In this document: positions 25,235 to 37,290 of the stretch, piece after piece
Position numbering within the stretch: the first letter of the stretch is position 1
How the letters are laid out: each line of letters starts with the position of its first letter
Assembly: GCA_964234715.1 (NCBI GenBank)
Contig: OZ174280.1
Reading direction: 5' to 3' (one strand)
DNA: 64,000 bases
DNA from: Podarcis melisellensis
Lineage: Eukaryota
Notes under the pieces: model-generated
The model's database searches: none
The model's input: the letters and a program-made list of their open reading frames with translations, nothing else
What the model was told of the DNA's origin: nothing
Program-made: the position numbers and the translations under genes

Positions 25235-25396
25235 GGCTCAGTGGTAGAGTGTCTGCCCTGGTTTGATATTTGGCATCACTAGATAAGGCTGGGAATGTCC
25301 CCTGTCAGAAACCCCAGACAGCCACTGCCAGTTGCTGTCGAAAACACTGAGCAAGATGGAACAATGGTCTGACTTAGCATAATGCAGCTTCCTATG
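25235..25396 (+). mobile_element. degenerate tRNA-derived SINE (Squam2-like)
   Basis: A-box-like GGCTCAGTGGTAGAG head, decayed B-box, CR1-like 3' end ...gatggaacaatggtctgact...gcagcttcctatg. The family name is from memory. Confidence 0.65.
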
Positions 25397-25494
25397 CAGC
25401 TATTTCTTTCAGGTCTCGGAAACTTAACAAAAAAGAGTTATAACTATAACACATAGAACCTGCAACAAAGCACTGAAGTGTGAAATGCTCCTTC

Positions 25495-25812
25495 TTCAAA
25501 TATCTAAAGGGCTGTCACACAGAAAATGGAGCAAGTTTGTTTTCTCCTGCTCTGGAGGGTAAACCTCAAACCAATGGATTCAAGTTACATGGATTCAAGA
25601 AAGGAGATTCCAACTAAACATCAGGAAGATCTTTCCGTTGGTAAGACCTCCGATAGCGGAATGGACTCCCTTGGAAAATGGTAGACTCTCTTTTTAAAGC
25701 AGAGGCTGGATGGCCATCTGTCAGGTATGCTTTAGTTGAAATTCCTGCAATGCAGGGGGTTGAACTAGATGACCCTCAGGGCCCCTTCCAACACTACTCC
25801 AAAAATTCTATG
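25495..25812 (+). mobile_element. CR1 LINE 3' fragment
   Basis: FKYLKGCH.E.G..LFS...E...NGFKL motif and tail gaactagatgaccctcagggccccttccaac...attctatg. Confidence 0.8.
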
Positions 25813-25967
25813 TTTCCCATTCTCTCGTCACTTTTTTCTGTTCCTCCCCCAACCAAGTGGGTTAGCATTCTCTGACCATTAAGCACTGCCTATTGGGTTT
25901 GTCCACAGGCCTCCCAGAGCTTTATAAGCTACAACTCCCACCAGCCCCACTTACGATAAATTAATAA

Positions 25968-26552
25968 ATAATAATAATAATAATTTATTATTTGTATCCT
26001 GCCCATCTGGCTAGCTTTCCCCAGCCACTCTGGGCGGCTTCCAACAAAATATTAAAAATACAATTAAACACCAGATATTAAAAACTTCCCTAAATAGGGC
26101 TGCCTTCAGATGTCTTCTAAAAGTCAGATACAGTGGACGCTCGGGTTACAAATGTGATCCGTGTGGGATTCACGTTTGCAACCCGCAGCAGCGCATGTGC
26201 GCACGTGTGGGTTGCGATTTGGTGCTTTTGCGCATGTGCAAAGCGCGATTTAGCGCTTCTGTGCATGTGTGACTGCCGAAACCCAGAAGTAACCCGTTCT
26301 GGCACTTCCGGGTTTCGGCAGTCCGTAACCCGAAAAAAACGCCATCTGAAGTGTCTGTAACCTGAGGTATGACTGTAGTTGTTTATTTCCTTGACATCTG
26401 CTGCGAGGAAGTTCCACGGGGCCACTACGGAGAAAACCCTTTGCCTGGTTCCCTGCAACCTCGCTTCTCGCAGTGAGGGAACCAGCAGAGGACCCTGGGA
26501 GCTGGACATCAGTGTCCCGGTTGAACGATGGGGGTGGAGACGCTCCTTCAGG
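25968..26552 (-). mobile_element. L2 LINE 3' end, interrupted by a Tigger-like MITE
   Basis: The minus strand encodes ...RVFSVVAPWN.L..DVKEINNY (L2 ORF2 C-terminus), then gagtggctgggg...gatggg and a (TAT)n tail. Confidence 0.8.
26131..26375. mobile_element. Tc1/mariner (Tigger/pogo-like) MITE
   Basis: Degenerate TIRs CAGTGGACGCTCGGGTTACA...TGTAACCTGAGGTATGACTG with TA on both sides. Removing it restores a continuous L2 sequence. Confidence 0.8.
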
Positions 26553-26766
26553 GATAGCATTAGCAAGAGCAGATGTTGCAGCCCAGCGACACCTGGAGGG
26601 AACCAAGCGGGGCTGGCGCTCAGAGAGGGGTCCTTCCCAGCCCCACCTGACGGTGCAGGGGGTTGGAGTCAAGCAAAGCAAGTGACACCCCACCCCCCAC
26701 CCTGAGCTGCGGCCGAGCCTCCTCGCTGGCGAAGAGGAGACCCCGGCGAGCCCACGGGACGCTCAC

Positions 26767-27052
26767 CCAGGACGGTGGTCTTCGCCTTCTCGGGCTCGCC
26801 TCCGCCCGCGGCGCCGTGCTCGGCCTCCAGCTCCTCTTGCTGGATCCGAGCCTGTTCCAGGATCCTCCGGGAGAGCCTCTCGTCCACGTACTCGTCTTCG
26901 CCCTCGCCGCCGCCATGCTTCCCCGCTTTGCCCCGGCGCTTCACCCTCGTCACGGGCTTCACGGAGTCGCCCTGGAGGATCTGCTCGGCCAGCGGAACGG
27001 ACGCCGCCTTCGCCGCCCCGCCGGAGCCCCTCGAGCGCTTCACTTTCGGCAT
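26767..27052 (-). CDS. BYSL: bystin, coding exon 1 (start codon at 27052)
   Basis: Kozak ggcaccATG. MPKVKRSRG...PLAEQILQGD...YVDERLSRRILEQARIQQEELEAEHG, donor CTG G|gtgagc. The seven exons total 1335 nt, i.e. 444 aa plus stop. Confidence 0.95.
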
Positions 27053-28604
27053 GGTGCCCCCCGCAGCTGAAGAGCCGGCACACGTGTGAGGAGGGGCAGT
27101 TGCAAAGCGCATGCGCGCTCGTGGAGAACCCTTCCGACTACAGAGCTATGAATGCAGAGAGACGCGTCGTTGCCTGGATAGACGATTTCCGGGCTCCTGT
27201 TGAAATCTACAGCAGAGATTATTGTGGCTATTGAGGCATAGTAAGCCTCACTGTTTATGGCGAAAGCTGACGGGCAAATAAATTGTGTTAGTCTCCTTTG
27301 GTGGTGAGAGAGGTTGGGGTTGGAACACAAGCGAATAGTAAAGAGAACTCGCACAAGCGACGCTGACACAAAAACCCACAAATACATTAAGTAGAATACG
27401 TGGAAGCATTGCCACCCGACCCCTACCTCACTCACCATGCCCCCCACTTCTTCCCCCCTTTTCTTCCTAAGGTAACACTAATGTCTCAACAAATGAAACT
27501 GATCTGTAGAAAATGTAACTTGAAAAAAGAGACATTGCACATACTTTTGCAAACCAAGAAATCTTTAATATAAAAATGTGTTTTTTTTAAAAAAAAATAC
27601 AAATAAATAAATAGTGTTAGTCTTTAAGTGAGTCTTTGTGAGTTTGCCTGAGTGTGGGCCACCCTCTTGGTTTCTGCTCAGAGAAGCCATTTTAAAATGC
27701 CCCTCGGGGCCGGAAGTGACAGCTGCCCATAGCAATCAATGGAGGAATCCCAAAATCTCACGCTGGCGGCGCTGCGGTGTCTGCTATGGGGCAAATGGCC
27801 GCGGTAAAGTCGGGCGTGCTTTCCCTTGCCGAGGGAGTGCTTATTTCGTGTGAAGAAGCATCCCCCCCACCCTCAAAGGAAAACCCCCCTATGAATAGCT
27901 CTGCTTCCGTGACGATGCAGATCCGTGTTTCAAGCCGAGGCGGAGAAAAAACATGCCCCCCAACAGCTCTGTGGTGTTGACGTTGGGGGCTTGACAACAA
28001 CCCTGCGGTGTAGGAATACTCTCAGTGTAGGTGGGGTGTGAAGCTGGAGCGCATGGCAGCAACACAACCCTGCAGTATCATCGCAGGTTAGAGCTGGCGC
28101 TGAGACTGGTTTGGCTTTGCAGACCAAAATCCCGCTCAATTCATACTACGGCTTATAGCTGTAGCGCTTATTTATTATATTTTTTAATTTTTAAAAAATC
28201 CCGCCTTTCTTCCACCGTGGGGGGTTTCCTTCTGCTCCCATTTCATCCAGGTACTGATCCAAACCCGGATCTCCATCGGGCAGGATGGCTTCATAGATGC
28301 CCATTGCTCCTCTCTGGACGATGCTTCTGCATTACTTGCTTGGAGCACCAGGTGGCTGGTTCTGGATGGGGCCTTTCTCAGCTCGGTTGCATCACTTCCT
28401 TTTGGCTTTCTTCTGTGAGAGCGTGGAAGGCGAGGCTGCTTCTTCGTCCCTGTTCCGGCAAGGAGGCTCCTGGGCAGACGCCCCGAAGACCATTCTTTGC
28501 ACGCGTTTAAAAGGGCAGGAGGGAAGCGCCTTGGAGCCGCGATCGATCTTTTTTCTTTTCTTTTGCAAGGACTACCCCAGTCTCTCTTGGAGGCCGTCGG
28601 AAGC

Positions 28605-28618
28605 ATGGGAGTCACCTG
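28605..28618 (+). CDS. MED20: Mediator subunit 20, first coding exon (14 coding nt)
   Basis: aagcATG GGA GTC ACC TG|gtacgg. Joined to the next exon it gives MGVTCVSQMPV. Confidence 0.9.
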
Positions 28619-30628
28619 GTACGGCATTTTGACTCGGGTATTGATTCATTTGCAAAATGCTGCCGCAGAGTTTGTAGCAGGTTGGTGGTGCTTGGGAGAC
28701 GATCAGTAGCCGAAAAGACTTCGAAAAGGAGTTGGGGAAGGATAGGTTTTAGAACTGTAACGTGTGAACACGCGAACGGCGGGTTTTGTAGTAGAATTGG
28801 GTTACCGGCGCTTTAAAGACAAGGCGAGTCAAGATGCTCGTGAAGCAGCAGCAGCAGCGGGAGGCAGGGTTGTTCAAATAGATGCAACTGCCGTTGAGAC
28901 CGCTTCAGCAGCGGGGAGGGTGTAAGTAGGTGACCTGGCTGTGTGAACGAATTGCGTGTCCCCGCAAACGGGGAGTTGTTGCAATAACTGAGGCAGTTGC
29001 CTGATTATGAGAAAGGAGGAGATCGGTTTGTGTCATTCAGGCTGAGAAGATGAAGGACGCAAAGTGTCAGGATCCTTGGGTGGATGCATTTGACATTAGA
29101 GGCTGGATGTAGGCAAGTATGCGCTTGCTGGTACCACCACATCTTCACCGCACCCCTGCCCTGGATTCAATAATAATAATTAATACCCTGTCCATCTGAC
29201 TAGGTTGCCCCATTAGTAACACATCCTCTAAACCTAGGTGGAAACTCAAGGCAGGAGATAAAAAGGGAGAAGACAATGGACAATGAGGTCTAACAAAGGG
29301 TCATCTGGGATCTGGTCAATTATTGCTGTTGACTTACCTTTAGATATATAAATTACAGATTTTTAGTATTTTATTGCAAGTCCACCTTTCTTCCAAGGTG
29401 GCAAGTGCTGTTTGTTAAAGTGATAAACACAGTTCTCTTTCCCCATTTTATCCCCATGGGAATCCAGAGAGTCCACTATTACAGGCATAGCAGTCCAAGC
29501 CTCCTTGAAGTTCTGGGGAAGGGCTGAGCTGGATCCCAAAACAGCTCCACTGCCATCACATGACAGAATTGAGCCTGACTGCTGTGCTAGCTCCAGGCTG
29601 CCACAGCAAGTTGCCCCCTTCTTTCCCCCACCAGCTTGAGGGGGACAGGCACTGGTTGTGGTTTGGATTGCACCCTAATTAATATAAAATAGTTAGCCTT
29701 TCCACACTAGTTTACAGGAGAATGATGTAAAAATATACACAACAATAAAAAATATTTTTATACTACAATTAAAATATGCATATTGAAGCAGCTAGTGCCA
29801 CAACTGGGGGCTGCTGGGTTGTTGTTGATTCATTGCAGGGCCTTCTCAGTCGCAGCTCCTCACCTGTGAAATGCCCTCCCTCATTATTGACTTTTAGGAG
29901 GAATTTGAAAAGATTCCTCTTTACTGAGCCAATGGATGGCTGAAAGATACTGTTCCTGGAAATCCTGAAATCGTTAGCTGAGATAATGCTATTGTTTTTA
30001 AACTATTTTTAGAATGCTTATAAACTAGAACGTTTTTGACTTTTTAAAAATAATTTTTATGACAGTGTTTTCATAATACTGTTGCTGCACTGGGCTTCTT
30101 TTCATGTAAGGGCAGGACCACTGGAGAGTTACATTGCCAGATGTGGCTTTAGAGACCGATAAGGGAGAGACATGTTTTATCGCAGGTGGTAGATTTGCTG
30201 CTAAAGGGGCACCATGGTGTTTCTTCTCTCTGCGTTCCTCCCAGTGGTACATAAAGAAAAAACAAACCAATTGCAACACATCAGTCTCAAGAACTAGTAA
30301 ATATAAACAACAAGAGCATCCTTATGCTATCTATGATGAAAGGCTCTTTCAAATAAAACAGTTTTACCTTTTGATCAACAGAGGTGTCAAGAAAATATTT
30401 CTTCCTCAGCCTAGGCATATGCCCATGAGAAGGTCTTGTCTACGCTTCAAAGTTAGGGCTCTCAGATAGGACCTTAGGTGATAATTTTAATAAATGGGCA
30501 GGTTCAAAACAAAGAAAAAACACTGTACCTTTTTTCTCTTCTAACAACCTGGACCAGCCGTACAACATTTTTAAAATGGTAAAAATCGTGTCTATGCTAA
30601 ATGTATGTTTCTTCACTAGTACACCATT

Positions 30629-30629
30629 A

Positions 30630-30661
<32 letters not shown>

Positions 30662-30677
30662 TGTGTGTGTGTGTATG
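30629..30677. repeat. interrupted (TG)n microsatellite
   Basis: TG run with TA interruptions. Confidence 0.95.
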
Positions 30678-31458
30678 TCTACCAGCCTTGACAACCAACT
30701 GAATAAATTATTATCAATGTGTTTAGTTTTGCGCCTCATTGCCAGTGATACCCAGTGCATGGCACATTCAAGGTGTGTAGGAAAACATCTGAAACAAGCA
30801 GATTTTGTCTGGTCTACCTCACTCTCAGTCTCATTCAAATGCTTTATACAGCCTTGCAAATAACATCATAAAAATTATCAGGCTATAAATGTTTACTCAC
30901 ACACTTGTAGTACCTCAGTTACTTGCGGCATATCAACACAGCCAGTGGGAGAACAGCAACTCTCTTCTAGTTTCCAGTCTGTCTTCCTAGTTGTAACTAT
31001 TGCAAGTAACTATTAATAAGTCTATATTTGTAGTTACAGAATGCTCTTGGTTATAAAGCAGATTCCACACAGTATGAGAATTTTTGTGGCTTGAGTTAAC
31101 ACTCAACATTCTTCCATGTCAGTTTAGCCTATATACATAACTTCCCATTTATTAATTATTTGAGTTTTTGAAAGTGGCTTTAAATAAATTATGTGATATT
31201 CTACAAAAACCAGGTATGTCTCCCATGCTATTGAAACTTAGATGGTAAGCTTCTCGGGACAGACAATTTTTTGTGTTTATTTACTTGTTGATCACTGCCA
31301 ATGAAACATCCCAAATAATAATAATTTATCATTTGTACCCCACCCATCTGGCTGGGTTTCCCCAGCCACTCTGGACGGCTTCCATAGAAACCAAAAATAC
31401 ACTAAAATATCACACATTAAAAACTTCCTGAAGCAGTTAGCAATTAAAAATAGATATA

Positions 31459-31700
31459 CAGTGGTACCTCGGGTTAAGAACTTAATTCGTTCTTGAAGTC
31501 TGTTCTTATCCTGAAACTGTTCTTAACCTGAAGCACCACTTTAGCTAATGGGGCCTCCTGCTGCCGCTGCGCCACCGCTGCACAATTTCTGTTCCCATCC
31601 TGAAGCAAAGTTCTTAACCTGAAGCACTATTTCTGGGTTAGCAGAGTCTGTAACCTGAAGTGTTTGTAATCTTAAGCATATGTAACCCGAGGTACCACTG
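31459..31700 (+). mobile_element. Tigger/pogo-like MITE, 242 bp, MED20 intron 1
   Basis: Perfect TIRs CAGTGGTACCTCGGGTTA/TAACCCGAGGTACCACTG, TA TSD on both sides. Strand is arbitrary. Confidence 0.92.
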
Positions 31701-31900
31701 TAATAACAACTTAAATTTGTTTTTACTACAATCTACTTTGCAAAGGGGTCATATGCACTGGTAGTGCTATGTTAATATTGACAATAAAGATGTTACAAAC
31801 ATGGGCTTCCTTGGGTAGCATATAAAGAACTAAAGTACATAGTGGCTGTGATTTTGATGAATGAGGTTTGTTGTTGTTGAAATCCTTTCTCCTGTATTAG

Positions 31901-32055
31901 TGTTTCCCAGATGCCAGTGACGGAGGGGAAGAGTGTCCAGCAAACAGTTGAAATTTTAACAAGAAAGCTTGAGCTGCTTGGAGCAGAGAAACAGGGAACC
32001 TTTTGTGTAGACTGCGAAACGTACCACACTGCACCCTCCACAATGGGCAATCAAG
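31901..32055 (+). CDS. MED20: MED20 coding exon 2
   Basis: ctgtattag|T GTT TCC CAG...CAA G|gtaag, 155 nt. [43 protein letters not shown]. Confidence 0.97.
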
Positions 32056-34693
32056 GTAAGCATTTAATTTCCTACAATTTAAATCTACAGCAGGTCAAAC
32101 TGCTCCTGTTCATTCTCTTTATTTACCAAAAAGGATTTGAGCCCTTAACATGTGTGTACCCATTTTAGTGTTTATGCAAGCAGCAACAACCCACCCTCAA
32201 AAATCTCCATATTTCCCCCCACCCCCAAGGATGGAAAAGCTTAATTAATTCTCCTCTCACATACCGTGTAGCTGGTACAGTGGCCTTAACTGCATTTTCC
32301 TAAATAAATACATAAATCCAACACATCCAGAGGCTGGCTAACAGTCCTGGACTATACTGCAGGGGTGTCATACATTACTCTTCCCTCCCCACCCACCCTG
32401 CAAAAAGAAAAAAAAGTATGGCAGCACAGGAGTACTTTGCAGGGCTGTAACTCATGCTTTCTCAAACACAGTATCTAGCCCCTGTAATATCGATATACGA
32501 ATGATTGATTTTATTTGTATTTGCAGGGTATTTTTAAAAAATATATACACATACTCAGAAAAATACCAGTTTTGGCATTAAACTGAACCTGAGTCAGAAA
32601 GAACATGAACTCCTGTCTTTGCTGCTAACTTTTGCAACCATCTCTTCTCTACTAAGGAATCTTGAGAACATCACTTCCATATGAACCACTTTCTTCTCCA
32701 TTGTAGGAATTTAGAGAGAAAAATTTAAAGTGGCCAAGGAAGTCCTAAAAAAGGCTTCAGAATGAACCAGGAAGTTCCTTCACTGGACAATGAAGGAAGG
32801 ACTTCCTGGGTCATTTTGAAATCGTTTGGGGGTCTTCTCTTCAAGTTGTATGAATCTAAATTTCTCTCTAGCACTCAGTGATTACAGTGGGTTGATATCT
32901 CACAAAGCAATGGTTTTGAATGACACCCATACATTTTGCTTTATAATATTTGTTCTAAAAGGGATCAAGACTTACTTAAAAAACTAAAACCTCAGAGTGT
33001 ACCCACCCTCCACTGGCTTTGGGCTGGTATAGATGTACCTCTTTGCACACACACACCCTTTTCAGCATCCTTGCTTGTTCCATTGACTGCAGTGGAAACA
33101 AAGTTCAGTGGACCTTTGCATCATTAGTCAGGATCCAACCCGCTAGCATCAAGCACTTTTAGCATAATCAGATAAACCCTGCAAATAAGTCTTTGAAAGA
33201 AACTTTTACACAAAAACTTGTTGACAAATGAACATTTCAGCAATGTTTGTGTCTTCCAAATGACATTTGATTGATTCAAGGTCCCATTAATCTAAGCAAA
33301 ACATATTTTACAAGCTATGTGATGCTTGTTAGACCTGAATTAAATTCATCTGGAAGATAATTAGCAGAGCTGAGGTTTTACAGAGCCAGATTTCCTGAAG
33401 GAACTTGGAAACGTTCAGTGTATTCCTCATCACCCTGGAATATGGCTCAGGGAGTTTGCCGTTCTGGATTGCCAGCAAATGTTCTTTGCCACTTTCTCAT
33501 AAGTTAATTATTTTTCCCTCTAGATGTCAGCAGTGTGCTTGGGCGACCATCCTTTTGCCTCAGGTTCATAAACATGGCTGGATCTATGGTTGCTAGCATG
33601 GAGATACATATATTTCTGCAGTTCCTCAGTAGGGCTTGAATCAATGCCCTACTGCTGGCTTTCACTAAGAACATTAAAACCGTGGAGGAAAAACAGCAAA
33701 ACACCACTAGAGCTGTACTGTAAGCATATCTGGGAGTAAGCCCTATTAAACCCAGTGACAGTGAGCATCTGAATTAAAAATAGATCGGATTAGGCTGTCT
33801 GTATAACTACTAGTTTAATCTGGAGAGAAACCCTGCAGTGATTTTTTAAAGAGGTATTTCTAAAGCCTCATTTAGATTAGTTATAAAGATGCATCTTATT
33901 TGGAATCCTAAAACAGTTGCAGCACAGGGGACTGTTGCATCAGTTGCTAACACGTCATTGTACTTGCCTTAAAAAAACAATAACAACCCAGACCAACTTA
34001 CATTACAGACATTAAAATCAGATATAAAAAAACAGAACAGAATGAAGTCTAAAATCACATCCATTCCAAACATATATAAAAGACAGGTCTAATACAACCC
34101 ACACCACTCAAAACTGGAAAGAAATAGGCCGCAAATATACCCCAAATCCTGCAAATTAGGGACCAAAAGCATCGTTTTTGCCTGGTACAATTCCCACTGG
34201 TACAGTAGGACCGACGTTTGCTATTACCGAATTAATCCATTGATCAAATCAGCTTAATCCCTTCATTTTAAGGGGGATTGGCAAACTTTCTCTGGAGTGT
34301 AACAGAGATGCAGATCTTGGTGCTAATGTCTACTTGGGCATGGCTACAATGCAGGGCTGGCTAGCCTATGGTCTGGATCCAGCCTAGCAAGACGCAGGAA
34401 GTGGCTTGCCAGCCCCTACAACTTTGCCTTTGTCTCCCGATCTCAGTGCTGAGTTGGGGAGACAAAACATTCTATGTGTTAGAGGTGACGTTGAGGGCAG
34501 CATTTCCCCCACCCCTAACACTGGAGTGGGAGGGGAAGGAGTGGAAGCACTGTACGTATTTTGTTCCTTACTGAAGTACCTCTGAGTTCTAAAAGGCAGC
34601 ATTTTCCGCAGCCTTCCCTGACCTATCAGAGGTGGACAGGGAAGAGCGGCCTCTCCTGGTGCAGGACTTCTTCCTGTCCTCCTGCCCTAGGCC

Positions 34694-34791
34694 TAGGGCT
34701 GCCATACGTCTGGATCTTCCCTGGGTGTGTCCAAAAAAAGTACAACTTTCAGGGTGTCCTGGTTTTTACTTTTTGAAATGTGGCAACCCTA
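34694..34791. mobile_element. short hAT-type MITE
   Basis: TIRs TAGGGCTGCCA...TGGCAACCCTA. TSD is ambiguous (tcctgccc/tcctgtcc nearby). Confidence 0.7.
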
Positions 34792-35365
34792 TCCTGTCCC
34801 CAACCCTCTGGAGCTGACTTTGAAGGTGCATGGGGAGCCAGAGATTATAGAAGAGGAGACGGAAGAGGAAGCTCTATTGTGTGTGCAGAAGTCCATTGTG
34901 CCAATAGAGCTGCAACACTGGATACAATCCCAGGTCTGGTGTTCATTGTGCTCTGCATAGTACTGTGCCACAATAGATTCATTAGGCTTCTGAAGATTTT
35001 TGCTATGACTGTTGTAGTTCAAATTATAGTCGAACCCCTCTTTTCTCTATCATGCAAAATAATGTTGTTGAGCGTACTTTTGTAAGGAGGTTAAGCGGAT
35101 GTGTATCTGAAGTATATACTCTAGAAAGAACAAATGCTCATTTATCTCAAGGTCATGGTTCTTTAAGTAAAATAACATTGATTGCGTTTTGCTAGCCTGG
35201 AAAAGCCATTCAGCGACCCGCGCGACGTAGAGATTCTGTAACAGCCCCAGTGGTTGTCAAGCAGCAAAGAGACAAAGGAAAATGTAACAGATGCTTCATT
35301 TTAAAGCATCTTAAGAGGGAAGGAATAACAACATTGAAGTGAAAGTAATGCTGCTCTTGTTTCAG

Positions 35366-35619
35366 GGCAGGCTGCCAAGCTGATGTATGTGATGCACAAT
35401 TCCGAATATCCCCTCAGCTGCTTCGCTCTCTTTGAAAATGGCCCTTGCCTCATAGCGGATGCCAACTTTGACGTGCTTATGGTGAAGCTGAAAGGCTTCT
35501 TTCAGAATGCCAAAGGGAACAAGATAGAGAGCCGTGGAACCCGGTACCAGTACTGCGATTTCTTGGTGAAGATTGGCACTGTTACCATGGGGCCCAGCGC
35601 CCGTGGTATATCTGTGGAG
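35366..35619 (+). CDS. MED20: MED20 coding exon 3
   Basis: tgtttcag|GG CAG...GTG GAG|gtaagg, 254 nt. [28 protein letters not shown]...[15 protein letters not shown]. Confidence 0.97.
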
Positions 35620-35999
35620 GTAAGGATGCTCCTCAAGCGGGGGGGAAGTCAGCATATGAGGTAATATATTACATGGCTCCAGCTCAGGACAGGTATAGCA
35701 AACACTTTACTGAATCAGGAAACATAAGATATGTATATAGTATATAGGAGGTGAGACGGTCTTTGTGGGCCTTTGAGGTGGTGTGGACTGCATGCTAACT
35801 GGGGCTCTTTGGAGCTGGAGTCAAACAACATCTGGAGTGCCATAGGTTCCCCAGGCCTTCCATAGGACATAACAGTACCTGGTTTCTCCCCTCAGAGCCT
35901 AAAGCTGGGCACCAGGGTGGTCCAGGGTTCATGAAACCTACACAAACCCTTGCAATATCCCTGTCCAGACCCCCACCCCACTGTGGTTAATTGGTAGTA

Positions 36000-36208
36000 A
36001 AGTGGTACCTCGGGTTACATACGCAGCAGGTTACAGACTCCGCTAACCCAGAAATAGTGCTTCAGGTTAAGAACTTTGCTTCAGGATGAGAACAGACATC
36101 GTGATCCGGCGGCACAGTGGCAGCAGAAGGCCCCATTAGCTAAAGTGGTGCTTCAGGTTAAGTACAGTTTCAGGTTAAGAATTAAGTACTTAACCCAAGG
36201 TACCACTG
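36000..36208 (-). mobile_element. Tigger/pogo-like MITE, same subfamily as 31459, opposite orientation, MED20 intron 3
   Basis: Its reverse complement aligns end to end with 31459-31700, sharing gaagcaccactttagctaatggggcc and catcctgaagcaaagttcttaacctgaagcactatttctgggttagc. TA flanks. Confidence 0.92.
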
Positions 36209-36839
36209 TATCTCAAAAAGGGAGTTGCTATGTTGTACTCATTTTTTCTCCACACATGCTGAGAAGCCTGTCTTTCCCTTCATGATCTTTTATCTCTGTG
36301 CAAAGCCGTGACTATTTCTACCTGAGGGTCCACAAGTTGGTTGATTTGCTTGGCACACAGGCTTTAAAAGAAGTGATCCCGTTACAACGAGCTTACTAAG
36401 CACCATTTGTAGCACATTAGCTGTGTAACTGTTCTCCATAGAGTGTTTTATAGGCATTGTATAACATGAGCTTTTTAGGGGGCGAATATATGCCTAGTTC
36501 ATGAAAAATGAAAACTGGATGGATGGATGGATGGGCAATTCTTGGCGGAGCAGATTCAGATAGCTGACAGCTCGAGGTCACTGAGCTGTTTCAGTTGAGG
36601 GAAAGCCTGGTGTCAGTGGGGTGACATCCTTGGGCAGTTGTCAGTGCCCCAGCAGAGTCCACTGCTGCTTTTCCTCAAGACGTTTTAAAAAGCTAATGCA
36701 TACCAGTGCTATCGTGGAGTTTATGGCAGTGCCCCAGAAGTTGAGTAGCCTTGGAGCAGTGTAATGGTGTGTGTGTGTGTGTGTGTTGGTGGCTGTTTTT
36801 ACACTGCTAATTTTTGCCATTTCTATCTCTGATGCCATT

Positions 36840-37290
36840 AGGGGCTATCACTGAGGCAAATGGAGCAAGGTGCCATCAATATGCCGGTGACACTCAGCTC
36901 TCGTTGTCCATAGCCTAGTTGTCCATTAAAAGCAAGAGGCAGTGAAGATCCTGGACCAGTGTCTGGATGCAATGGTGGCTGAATGAGACTGAATCCTGGC
37001 AAGAAAGAGGCTCTGTGGGCGAGTGGTTTTTGTGTCTGAGAAACTGGTCCATTGCCTGCTATAGATGGGGTTGCGCTCCCTCTGAAGGAGCAGGTATGTA
37101 ACCTTGTCCTTGGTGGCAAAGAGGGCAGACAGCTGCAACCATTCCTGCACTGAGTCATCTTGGTAACTTCAAGGCTACACTACTTGAATACACTCTACAT
37201 GGGGCTTCCCTTGTGCTTGGTCCAGAAACTGCCATTAACGCAGAATGCTACAACAGAATTGTTGACAGGAGAGTCTCTTGGCATATTACA
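36840..37290 (+). mobile_element. L2 LINE ORF2 fragment
   Basis: RLNP.K.E, DGVALPLKEQV and VTSRL.Y.N.LY.GLP...VQKL...QNA motifs with frameshifts. Confidence 0.8.

Larger units (their letters stand above)
26700..28950. promoter_or_regulatory. BYSL-MED20 head-to-head CpG-rich promoter region
   Basis: Divergent ATGs at 27052(-) and 28605(+). E-box CACGTG 27081-27086, NRF1 palindrome GCGCATGCGC 27107-27116, ETS CCGGAAGTG 27710-27718, YY1-like AAATGGCCGC 27793-27802. Confidence 0.85.

Noticed and set aside
25235-25310. tRNA gene
   Set aside because: Only an A-box-like head is present, with no cloverleaf, and it continues into a SINE body. The B-boxes at 6090 and near 48375 are likewise SINE-internal.
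27053-27112. In-frame upstream ATG extending BYSL by 20 aa
   Set aside because: The ATG lies inside the NRF1 palindrome, probably at or upstream of the TSS. The ATG at 27052 matches the conserved MPK start.
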